The translations under genes and the position numbers were made by a program. From contig CM106586.1 in assembly GCA_048013815.1 (NCBI GenBank), forward strand, positions 5,270,001 to 5,334,000: DNA of 64,000 nucleotides, read 5' to 3'. The DNA comes from Setoptus koraiensis. Taxonomy: Eukaryota > Animalia > Arthropoda. Of the stretch, positions 10,793 through 22,100 are shown in pieces (the first letter of the stretch is position 1; each line of letters begins with the position of its first letter). Under the pieces are notes generated by a model that ran no database searches, was not told the origin of the DNA, and worked only from the letters and a program-made list of their open reading frames with translations.

Positions 10793-12256
10793 TAATATTA
10801 TGCTGACCGAGACAAGGAGATGGATGACAACTCACTCTTGATAGTCCTATATTGAAGCAACAGCCATATCCAAGTAACAACCAGGGATACATCACCACCA
10901 TCATAATGGGATCATGCTGTTCTATATGTAACGTTATTAGATAGTATAGTACAGTCATCGAGATTTAATACCAGAAAGGAGATGGCCCAATCCATCATAA
11001 TTGAACGTTAACCATCCAGCATCTAATTATCGAGTTCGTCCACGCCTATGAATGTTACACAGAAATGTGTTGTCAAAATCGCCTCAGTCCAATTGCGCTA
11101 ATGCACGCCCAACCATGCTCTAATCGACTATTAACTTTATAATCTATTGATATTGAAACATTATGTGTATGTGTTACACATATCATTTATATATATATAT
11201 ACTTCCAAAGTGTCTATATATGTGCACATATACAAACCTCTCTCATTTTCTCTCTATCTCCATCGATCACTATTCGCTAATTCTAATCACTAGATCAATC
11301 ACATACATCTTGCTATCTACTACACATATATGCTCGATGGTGTTCTTGATGTATGTATCACGATAATAATAACAATATCTCAGTAAGTTGAATAAAATCT
11401 ACGAAACACGATGATAAAAGTTGTGTGTATGCTATACGAGCAAGTGTTATTAATTAATCTGAAATGTTCATTCTACTACAATGTGTAAGCCGTCTATCAC
11501 ATGACGTAATCAGCGCCTAGTATGAAGCATTTGGTTTATTACCATCGTAATGACACTAGTTCTTGGCTTGTGCTGAGATGAAAAATGGGCAGCAGCACTT
11601 GATTTTATGAGCAAATAAGCAAGCAAACTAACTCATATATAAATATCCAGCGAACAAACAAGCAAACAAGTGCGCCTGAATGCACTTAAGACCCTGAGAA
11701 TGGATCTTATCTTGTATTCATTCAATCAGCAAAATATCTAGTAGTTAATTTGTCATGATTGGCATCCATATGATTGTTGGTATTAGGTGCTTGGCGGCCG
11801 AATCTAGTTAAGTATCTGACAGGTTCATACAAACAAAGCTACTAGCTTTATTCAAGTAGTGTATGGTAATATGGTGTCGACAACACTCGAGTTTGACTGA
11901 CGCTGCCGACAAAAAAAACTGTGTACAATAACTAGACTATGTGTCGCGACGATCATGAGAAAGCAACAACAGATCTTATGTTACAAAAGCTAAATTGCTG
12001 ATGGAGCAGTCTGAGAATGAACAAGCCAACAAACAACCACAACAAGTTTCATTTCGACAATCTCATTATGGCTGATAACGCAGTCCTTTGTAGCAATTAT
12101 ATCGGTGGAAATTCGTTTCGTTTAACGATAGATAATGATGAAATCATACCTTGAATGACGATTGAGCGATAGTTGTTGCCGTTTTACCTGTTTCACGGTA
12201 ATTGGTTTATATTTATGGTAGCTGGAAGCATGTTATTTGTGTACTCGTAAGTCTTA

Positions 12257-12445
12257 TCACGGTACCTGTTCTTTAGGCTTATACAATATGATATTACGAC
12301 CAGCTATTAGCAAATTGTTGTTGTTGTTGTGATTGACTCGTGCTCCTTGTGTCGTGTTCGCTAGACACACAATCACAATCGTTGCGAACAAATAGATGTT
12401 AGCTGTGGACAAATTTCTTTTCACATCCATTTGCTTTTTTGTCAT
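12257..12445 (-). CDS. Candidate first exon of a small secreted protein, divergent from the cathepsin gene
   Basis: M(TKKQM)DVKRNLSTANIYLFATIVIVCLANTTQG/ARVNHNNN looks like a signal peptide, with a possible donor CAG|GTACCG. No in-frame downstream exon could be joined. Confidence 0.3.
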   Translation of the reverse strand: MTKKQMDVKRNLSTANIYLFATIVIVCLANTTQGARVNHNNNNNLLIAGRNIILYKPKEQVP

Positions 12446-12615
12446 ATCATTTGCGCTGATTTGCACCTAACTAACGTGATTACAGTTAATTTTGCTCTCT
12501 GTCGTCTTGATTATTGCCGCCAACGAAGTCAACAAACAGATTATCAACAGAAGCCCATCTTCAAATCGACTAACAAAAACTTAAACAGAAAGATACAGAG
12601 TGTGAGTGCGTTGCG

Positions 12616-13892
12616 ATGAACCAATTGGATAAAACACTATTATTTGGCCTTGCCATTTGGTTTGGACTATTAGCAGTGACCAGTTATGCACAATTGAGTA
12701 CATTTGCGGAGAGATTGCCAACATTTGCTCAATTCAAGAGCATTTATGGTAAAATCTATGCTTCGCCGCAAGAGGATCTGCGACGTGAGAAGATCTTCAA
12801 CAAGACAATTAAAAAGATTGACAGGCACAACAGATTGACAAATGAGGGAAAAGCAACCTATGCATTGTATCCATGCGAATACAGTGACATGGACGAACAG
12901 GAAGTGGCAACCTTCTTGAAGGGTATCAACTTACCTGAGGACGTTTTAGATGCCGACGAATATAAGGCCACATTGAACAAGGGCAGGCAAACTAGACAGA
13001 GTCCCAATGACACCACTGATGCCACGTTGCCGGATTCATTCGATTATAGGACAACGGGTTGCCTGTCGTTGCCAAAGAATCAGAAATTTTGCGGTAGTTG
13101 TTGGGCCTTTGCATCAACAAGCGCCATGGAAACAATGAAGTGTCTTAAAACAGGACGATTAGAAACAATGAGTGAACAAAATCTTATTGATTGTGCCAAT
13201 CGTAAATCGGGCTACAAATTGGACGGTTGTGCTGGCGGTTTCATGAGCGAAGCTTTCAAATACGTTGTTAACAATGGTGGCATCGACGACGACGAATGCT
13301 ACCCATACGGATCAAATGATCGCGGCGAATGCCGTTATTCATCGAAATGTAAGACAGGCTCGGTGGCAAAATGGAGCCGAGTAGCACCCACAGAGGAGGC
13401 TCTCAAGGAGGCAATAGTCAAACGGGGACCCGTGACAGCTGCCATACACACTAACGATGACTTTTTCAGTTACAAGTAAGTACATGCACGCACACAATTA
13501 ATGCGTCTTGTGGTGGGCTCAGGCCTGCATCCTAAGCGCATTAATAGTTGCAAAATCTCATCGTAATGGATTAACATGTGCCTATAAACAGTTCTTAATT
13601 GAGACTTAACTGATTTAATTCCTTGCGTTGCTCAAATGTTGTATAACGTTTCTCTCTAACAATCAAAAAAAAACGTAGCTCGGGAATATACGACGATCCA
13701 AAGTGTTCAAGCGAAAGAAGCAAAATCAACCATGGAGTTCTCGTAGTTGGTTACGGCAACGAAGATGGAAAGGACTTCTGGATCATCAAGAATTCTTGGG
13801 GTTTCACCTGGGGACAAAAAGGTTACATGAAGATAGCCCGGGGTCGAAACGCATGTTGTATTGCCTGTTACACTTACAGTATTGAATTGTGA
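12616..13892 (+). CDS. Cathepsin L-like papain-family (C1A) cysteine protease, two exons (12616-13475, 13679-13892), 357 aa
   Basis: Signal peptide, I29 prodomain with ERFNIN-type motif ([20 protein letters not shown]), catalytic [20 protein letters not shown] and WIIKNSWG; intron GTAAGT..CGTAG joins in frame. Confidence 0.95.
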
Positions 13893-14378
13893 TCATGTTA
13901 CCTAACAATACATTTCCAATCTCGTGCAAATGCAATCTCAGTACAATAGTTGTTATTTTACTCAATTAACAATAAAACGATGAAACTGACCACTCTCTTT
14001 ATGTACTCTCTTTTGCAGCAATAGTCCCGATTCAACCTATTCCCAGTCAGCCAGCTGATCACGTGGCCTTGGCCTGTGTTTTTTGGTATGCGAAAGACTC
14101 TGATGGAGTTCTACATGTAGTTCCACCAGCAGAGTGACGTTCGAGTCTCGTGAAAAATGATCCCTTATTCTCGGGCCTTTTTGTAATGTGATGTAGCAAC
14201 GACTTGTCAAGTCTATCAGCAGATACTAACACATTCACATTGCATCAGTATGGTCTTTGTTTGAATACTCGCCTTGATTCTGCACTGAGAATACTGTATG
14301 TTTGTATGTGGTGGTGTTTGTCGACAATTCAATAGTGGCTCATGTTACTGTATCAATTGATAATCATCAGTTTGAATA

Positions 14379-14759
14379 ATGAAGAACACTGGCATACCAG
14401 ACGACACAATATCAATAGCCGCGAGTCAGTCGTCGGAACGCGTTTCTTCAGTCTACGATGATGATTCAGCATCATCTACATCTTCGTTCCTTCTGCCACA
14501 GTATTACAACAACAGTAAAAATAATAAGCCTAAATCCAAGGGGAACAGCAAACGTTCCAAACGCAACTCAAAGGAATCTTTAGGCAAAAAGAATGGTACA
14601 ATTAGGAGCGTGCTGAAATGTGATAAAAGAATCATGAAGGCTATGAATGATAGAGTGAAAACCATGATGGAGGACGAAAATTGGGGGAAAACCTTCTCGT
14701 TGGCGATATTTATATTTGCCGTCATTGGCTTCTATACTGTTCTGAGGCACATCATTTGA
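14379..14759 (+). CDS. Uncharacterised tail-anchored membrane protein (126 aa)
   Basis: Ser/Asp-rich then Lys-rich cytosolic part, single C-terminal hydrophobic helix FSLAIFIFAVIGFYTVL followed by RHII*. Confidence 0.55.
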   Translation: MKNTGIPDDTISIAASQSSERVSSVYDDDSASSTSSFLLPQYYNNSKNNKPKSKGNSKRSKRNSKESLGKKNGTIRSVLKCDKRIMKAMNDRVKTMMEDENWGKTFSLAIFIFAVIGFYTVLRHII

Positions 14760-15009
14760 ACAAACACATCACTATTTAATTTGAAGTCGCAGCATAGATT
14801 TCAAGTAAGTTCGATGCGCTAAATGAAAGATTACTATGTTTGGGAAATCTGGTTCAATATTGATGATAGACAAAATTTTGTCTTCTTTGCTCTTGATTAT
14901 TAACTAATATCATAATGCTATGATATGGTAATGATAAAATTGCCGGTTCCCTACCCTATTACAGTACGTCTATAGTAGAAGAAAAATAAGTGATTGTATA
15001 TGTATCCGA

Positions 15010-16343
15010 CTACAAACCCTTATTGAAATAACAATATTCGCCATTATTCTTTACTTTGGATTGCACCTCAGGCTCTAGATCATTGATGAGCATCCGACTA
15101 TTTTGAGGAAATATTGCACAACACATAGGGGTCGCAAAGACTAGTAAAAAGCCACACATTGCGGTTTGTAGTGGTAAACTGATCTTCGGAAATCGCTTCA
15201 GAAGTCCCCGCTTCTCAAGGCTGTTCATCACTAGAGGAGGAAACACTGCAGCGAATTAAGGAAAGGGGACAATAATAAATTGATAAATGCATAATTAGTA
15301 AACAGTTGCGAGATTAAATACAGTGAGAGCTATCCATTCTGGTCTTTGTGAATATGAGATCTGAGAAATATTATTCAAGACACTTACTCATTCCCGGAGC
15401 CGCCATAGCGATTCTTGAGAACACGACTTGCTGTATGGCAGATTTGGCTGCAACTTTGGATTCACCAATAGGATTACCATCTTTATCGGAAACTGTTATA
15501 CCATCCTTGAGCTCTTTTTGTCTCATCAACGGAATGTTGATACAATTTGCCGCAGCCACTGCGGCAAATGGAACAAATCGGCCTATCAAAGGAGGCGCTC
15601 GTCTCACAAGTCTATTCAAACCTAGAGCTGTGACTAATGCTGCGGTTGTTGCACTAACATAAGAGAACCCAAGTTGATCTACGGGTATGGGAGTATTACC
15701 GCTCCTGTTTGTAAAATTAACTATTGCGTTGAATGACTGATTGAACCATTGCCAGAAAATTACCTGACGAGTGGTTTTGTAAAATGTTAACATGGCAGCG
15801 GTGATCATCATGTTCATGGGGACCTGAGCTGACATTCTACCCAGTAGAAACATTTTTTCCCCAGTGTCCGGATGGAAGGCTGAGTCATAAACATGCTTCG
15901 CTTTCCATATTTGTTCCTCGCTAAGATGCGACAAATCTTTACCATCTCTTTGATTGTGACATGATGTAAATATTATAAATTGTACGACAGAGATGGTTTT
16001 TAATAAAATTCGGATAATCGTAAAAATGTCAATATCATAGAATCTGGGATGCCTCTAAAAATTACCTGTATGCTTCTATTATGGACTTAGCTTCGTCCAG
16101 TTGTTGTGGGGTGCACAATAGGCTGTAGACAATTCGGAAAAATACCAATTGTTTTAGTTAGTTATATTTTGTGTTTATTGAGTGGTTGATTTGAATATCA
16201 TTTGGAACTTACTTGCGAGGATCTGTGGTGAAGAAGAAATGCAATGCTCGTCCCTTGTACGTAGACTGATCCCATCTAGGTTTATTCAAGTTGATTCTAG
16301 CTCTAGGTTCGGCATTCTGGGTTCCGCTCTTGGAATCTGCCAT
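15010..16343 (-). CDS. SFXN1: Sideroflexin (mitochondrial serine transporter family), four exons (16343-16213, 16122-16066, 15947-15388, 15245-15010), 327 aa
   Basis: [79 protein letters not shown] and YFNKGL*; all three introns are GT-AG and in frame. The paralog (1 or 3) is uncertain. Confidence 0.93.
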
Positions 16344-17360
16344 AGTTTGATATACGAAAGATCACTGTCGCTCTAGAACACAGCCGGATTATTAGGTTAA
16401 ATGCTAGGACAGTTATTTTGAGGTCATCAATTGAATTATAAATTGGTCTTGTGACTAGTTTGTGGTGAAGGCTGTTGACTTGAGCTGTGACAGTAAGCGT
16501 TGGTTTTTGCCGTTCAAATTATTCTTCGTTTTATCAGTTTTTATGATATTATTAAATGTCAGGAATTTCATTCGATTCTGGCTAATCCAATTGCCCGAGG
16601 TTGATAAAGTCACTATCCAGTTATGAACAACCAATGATTAGGGTAGTATAATACGAGCTGGTTCTGCATTGTGATACCAACTTATCAATATTAACCAACG
16701 CGGAAGCTAACGGTGACTGGTCGTTGAAATATTTCCTCTGATAAATGGATCTTCGTCAGATATGAATCTGGCCAAAGGTATACATGATATGCTACATGTA
16801 GTATGCGTTACATTGGCTAAACAATGTAGTTGATATGCACAGTTGAACCACCGTAAACTGTGGTAGAAAATATTTTTGTTTACAAAAACATGTGTTGTTA
16901 ACACAGAGGATTCAATTTTCACAAAATAAGTAATCGCTTTGTGTAGGAATCCAATAGGTGGTTGCGCAGTAATTTCGGAGAACAGACCAGGCTATGAAAT
17001 CACAGTGATGAGTGGCGGCGGAATGCAAGGAATGACGCTCTTGGAAGCGATCCAATGTCGCTGATAATCAACGATTGTGTTTGTGTGGTTAGTTTCCAAT
17101 GGTAACTTGTTCGGTTACAATCCAACAGAGGCGCTGCCGGAGTATTGCGTCGCTAAGAAAAGCACAAGTGTCCCGTTAAATTGTTTCATTTTTTTTCTTC
17201 TCTGGTATTGATGGTTCTCCTTGCAAAATCACTGGTTCGGGAATTACTCACTGCACAGTCGAAAAACGCCTCTAGTAAGCGACTGGAGAATGACTGCTAA
17301 CACAGAGTACAAAGATGATTTATGCCATGTTATCTATAATTATCATGTATAGATCTGATA

Positions 17361-18260
17361 CAGTAAAGTTCAGCCAAATGCGAAAAATTGGGACCAAAAC
17401 ATCAGCGCGAGTTTTAAAGTTAGATTCAAGATTGTGAACTTGCGACGACCAGCCATTACTTTCCTTACCTCCACTGGTAAATCATTTTTTCGATTTTTTT
17501 TATGCTCTGCAGATCTCTTTGATCGAGTTTTAAGAGTCAATTGAAAAAAAATCCTCAGTAGAACCTTTTGGGAGGTTATTTAATCGATAAAGAGGACCAT
17601 TAATTATTCATGGATATCCGAAAAGTTTCGAAAAACCACGCGGGAAATTCAAAATCAAGCCAAAATTTAGTGATCGGGGGAGGTGGGGAGGTGTCCTCCC
17701 CGCGGGGAGCTCCCGCCTCCCCCTCCCCGGGGAACCATCGGGACCTCCCAAAACAAATGGGGAGCTCCCGGATTGCCGAAAACTGAGGCAAAGTATGAAT
17801 AAGAGACACAAAACATGATATAGAGACGCAAGACATGATATAAAGACACAAGACATGAATTCTAAGCTATTTTTTCATCTTATTGACACTCGTATTCTGT
17901 GTTTTAGTACAGCTGAGGGGGACGGGGAGAAGCGGGAGCTCCCCATTTTTTTGGGGAGGTCCCAACGATTCCCCGGGGAGGGGGAGGGGGAGCTCCCACC
18001 TCCCCGTCCCCGATTCGAACTAGGGAGGGGGAGGTGGGAGGATTTCGTCCCCGTTTCATATCGGGGAGGCGGGAGGAAATTCTCCCACCTCCCCGATATG
18101 AAACGGGGAGGTGGGAGGGGGAGGTCTTCCTCCCCCGATCACTACCAAAATTCAAATTTACCTCGCGAAAATGAAGTGAATATAGCTAAAACGTGATCAT
18201 TTTTCGCATTTGGACAGCATTCGCATTTGGACAGCATTCGCATTTGGCTGAACTTCACTG
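17361..18260. mobile_element. Tc1/mariner/pogo-type non-autonomous element (MITE), TA-flanked, interrupted by a hAT MITE
   Basis: TA|CAGTAAAGTTCAGCCAAATGCGAA (17361-17384) and TTCGCATTTGGCTGAACTTCACTG|TA (18237-18260): 24-bp TIR with one mismatch, CAGT termini, TA on both sides, no transposase ORF. Confidence 0.8.
17668..18144. mobile_element. hAT-superfamily non-autonomous element (477 bp)
   Basis: Perfect 16-bp TIR TAGTGATCGGGGGAGG / CCTCCCCCGATCACTA; perfect 8-bp TSD CCAAAATT at 17660-17667 and 18145-18152; the 5'-TAGTG end fits the hAT (T/C)A(A/G)NG consensus; many GGGGAGG subterminal repeats. Confidence 0.9.
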
Positions 18261-18499
18261 TAATATCATAATCAAGTTTCATACTTTTATCTTAATGGTA
18301 GCCGCAAACAGTTTGTACTTTTTACACGTTTTATATGCTTGTCTTCAGATAGAAATCATAGAAAGTCGAAATCTTTCCCTTAAAAATGAATTGTGATAGA
18401 TGATTCTGTTGTTTCACACTGAACATCACTCGGTCAGCAATCATTGCCAAATTTCTGATCATCAACGACAATAACATCAGAAACAATAACTACAACAGC

Positions 18500-19120
18500 A
18501 TGATTGATGACAACAGCATCGGGTATTACCCCAAACCAACAACAATTGATGATTATGGCGATTGTATTACTTGGGATTTGAATAACAACCGAGGTATCGA
18601 ATTGCCATCGCTTATGCACAACACGTCATTAGATAATCAGTCACACAAACAACACCACAAGAAACAGTCGGATCTAGTTCAGCCAACAAACGGTGAGGAT
18701 ACCAAGACTTCGTTTATGGCGAAACAAAATCAAGTCGAACAGATGATAGACAATGATGATGTATTGGCTCTGACAGAATTCACTCAGGAGCAATTCACCA
18801 CAGTCCAAGACTGGCAACATCTCTTAAGATCTATAATGCGCCACTTAAATGGAGATTTGAGTAAACTCTTGACAGACGCCGACAAAACTGAAGATTCAGA
18901 CAGAGCAAATGATTCAGTCCTTCACAAGGAATTGTTATGGGGAACGCTTGTGAGAAAATGTTTGCAAGTTCTGGCCAGCCAAGCAGATCTTGTCGATCTG
19001 CTGGACATCATAAATTTGCAATCATCGCGTTTTTGTGCGCCATTTGTAAAAAGTGGCCTCAAGAGATTTGAATCAAAGATTATATCCGACAGATTGAGAG
19101 TTAACTCCAAGGACTGGTAA
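18500..19120 (+). CDS. Uncharacterised protein (206 aa) with a helical C-terminal half
   Basis: Single 206-codon ORF with protein-like composition, converging on the ABCA gene 79 bp away; no family recognised. Confidence 0.55.
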   Translation: MIDDNSIGYYPKPTTIDDYGDCITWDLNNNRGIELPSLMHNTSLDNQSHKQHHKKQSDLVQPTNGEDTKTSFMAKQNQVEQMIDNDDVLALTEFTQEQFTTVQDWQHLLRSIMRHLNGDLSKLLTDADKTEDSDRANDSVLHKELLWGTLVRKCLQVLASQADLVDLLDIINLQSSRFCAPFVKSGLKRFESKIISDRLRVNSKDW

Positions 19121-19199
19121 CAAGACGACCAACGACACAAACAAAATTAAGTTACATTGATCAACTATGTGCTTGTGTTGGACAGAGTAAATGTAAGAA

Positions 19200-22100
19200 T
19201 CAAGAAGATTCTAGTGACTTTGATGTGTACACAATATCTAACGTTTGATCGCATAGAGAAAAACTAAATCCGATATTATCCGCCTGGTGTTGCCAACGCC
19301 TCCTTAATTTCATCATCTCATGGAACAGACTAGATCTAGTTAGAAGCGTCGTTGGCGTGCTGGTTGACTTCGTCGGTTGTTGGCTCATTCGCGCCGACCC
19401 TTGTTGTTTTTCGGATATTCTTAGAATACATTTGTAATTGCATCTATCAAAATTATCGTCGTCTGCCTCAACAAGAGATAATTTGCCGATTGTGGCAAGA
19501 TTTCTTTTCAATACTTTCAACTTTTGTTCAATCTCAACTTTTTCGTTTGCATTTAGATAAGTATATGTCGATGCCGGTGTTGGTAATGTAGACAAACTGT
19601 CAGCATTAATTGGCAACACATGGTCTACTGATGGCTTCACTGTTTGTAGTTTGGTGTCACTGGAATTGTTATTGGTGAACTTCAATCGCACTAAATAACC
19701 TCTTTCTGGCATATTTCTGTTCTTTTCTCTTAATCGTTCAACACTGCCCAAACTGTCCAGTTTTCCCCGAATCATTACAGCCACTCTATTACAGATAGCC
19801 TCACATTCTTCAAATGATTTGGACGTTACAACAATTGACTGACAGTGTGAGACTCTACTTCTAATCAATGTCCAAATGGCTTGTTTCTCTTGGACTGAGT
19901 CCACGTGAATAGTAGGCTCATCCAAGACAACCAGAGGCGGTGCTCCTATGAGAGCTATAATGAGACTCACTTTACGCCTGGTTGCACCAAACAATTTATT
20001 TATTGTTACATCAGCATATTGTGCTACTTTGGCCGCCTCTATGTAGTAATCAACTATTCTAGATGTGTCCGTTTCGTTGCAGTTGTTTAATCTCAGATTA
20101 GCCATTAATGTTAGAGCTTGCCTTGCTGTTAAATGCAAGCCAATGGCAGTGTTACATTCGCCTACATAGCTCATTTGCCTTTTGAATTCGAGTGGATTGC
20201 ATTTGATTGATTGATTGTTGCACCAAATTTCGCCCGAGTATCTATTTAAGTCGTCGCCTATTAACATTTTCACTGTAGAAGTTTTGCCCGAATCGCGCAA
20301 TCCCCATAATGCCAGACATTCTTTTCTCTCTAGAGCTAGTGTTAGCTTGTCTACAGCTCTTGTTGGATATTCGTGAATTTTGGTCAGATTCTGGATCAGA
20401 AGCACAGGTTTAGCGCCATTATCATCGATTGGCCGGCCTACTTTGGAAGACGATTTGACATTGAGAGTTTCCTTCAATTCAGACAGACAACAATTTACTC
20501 GTTTTTTTTCGTTGATGATTTCCTCACTGAGATTCTCCTCCATTTCGGTGACAGTATTACGCTTGAACATTGTTGTTGTCTTTGTTTTGATTTTCCACAA
20601 CAACTTTCTCATTAGTCTAACAATACGTCCAGACAGTCGCAAATCAGTTACTGTTAATTGTCGTGTTTCCAGATAGTAGAGAACAAATAAGAACAGTGTT
20701 GCTTGAATCGACATCCTTTTAATGCCCGCCATGAATTTTCCATCCAAATTGAACAGTTGAGCCCGTTGTTGACCGTTTCTCACAACAAGTGGCACCTCGA
20801 ATATGCCGGCCATGGTGGAACCGAACGCCTCTGATGGAAGAATGTATTTTAGTAGATGTGACATTATCTTTGTCAGCCAACTAATGGGATTCTCGGCTAA
20901 CAATTTCACTAATCTAATCAACAATTTAGTTACTGGCGCCTTATTGTGTAGTGGCACTCTCAATAGTATCATTGAAAATATTATATAGGCTTGCGTATTG
21001 GTTTCAATGAGGCACGATATACAGTAGGCCAGCAACAATATAGAAGAGCCAAACGTAACAAAGACCAACAACAGGGCACATACCAATTGAGGTCCAAATG
21101 ACACATCATCGCCTACGCTGATAAACCGCACTGGAACTATCGCAATAACTGATTCGTAAAACATTAGCGCAAACAGCATCATGTTAAACATGTCCATCAA
21201 ATACTGTGACAACCAATAAGTCAAACAAGTGGCCTTGGAGCACAATTGTTGCAGCTTGAAATAAGTTGTTCGCTCATTACTGGGCAAATAGATGAAATTG
21301 AGCGCCAGAAACAATGGGACCATGGCAAAATCGTCAGCTAAATCACTAATTGTGACTTCAGTCTCAATCAATGTTTCAGCTGACTCCTTATCCAAATTTA
21401 GTGACCTAAGCTCATATTGTATCAACTCATAGCGTACGTTTAGAGCCGACAAAACAATTACCACCAGAGGTATTATGAGTCGCCAAATGATATGAGTGAA
21501 CACTGAATGTCTCATGTATAGGATGTTTTTCGTGAAAAATGCTCTTATAATGGCCGCATTATCTACGGTAAACCAATCCGGGCAGCAGTATGATATTCCT
21601 CCCGGATCTAGAACATTGATTCTGAACAATACAACTCGCTGATCATCATTTGGCGAATCTTCATCGGCAACACTGATCACATCATTTTGACCTCCATCTG
21701 TTTTGCAAAATTCACCACCAGGAATCACTGTGCTCAGTTTTGATGCGTCGGACAATATGTCAGCCAAATGCCAATGCTGCAGTTCAAATGTTACACCTGT
21801 ATTGTTTCTTTCGTTGATCTCTAGCTCTTCTAACAAGTGTAGCATGTTGTCTTCGTCGTTGCTAGTTGAAACAGAAAATCTCATGGTAATACTGGCCGTT
21901 AATTCATTGATTGCTGTCGTTACATTTGTCGGTTGCATGTCTTGTATTATCAAGGTATCTTTAAAATAATTGTGCACCAAATCTATAATTCGTTGGCGTT
22001 GCTCAATGACCTTATAATACACCTTTACATTGTATCGGCTACTAATTGCGTTTTCAATAAATGACTTGTCACAGCAGACTATGCTCCCTTCCACCATGAT

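Noticed and set aside
17004-17065. GTGATGA...CTGA spaced like a C/D box snoRNA, overlapping a short protein-like frame (NPIGGCAVISENRPGYEITV...)
   Set aside because: No terminal stem, not intronic, no recognisable rRNA antisense element; the reading frame has no supportable upstream exon.
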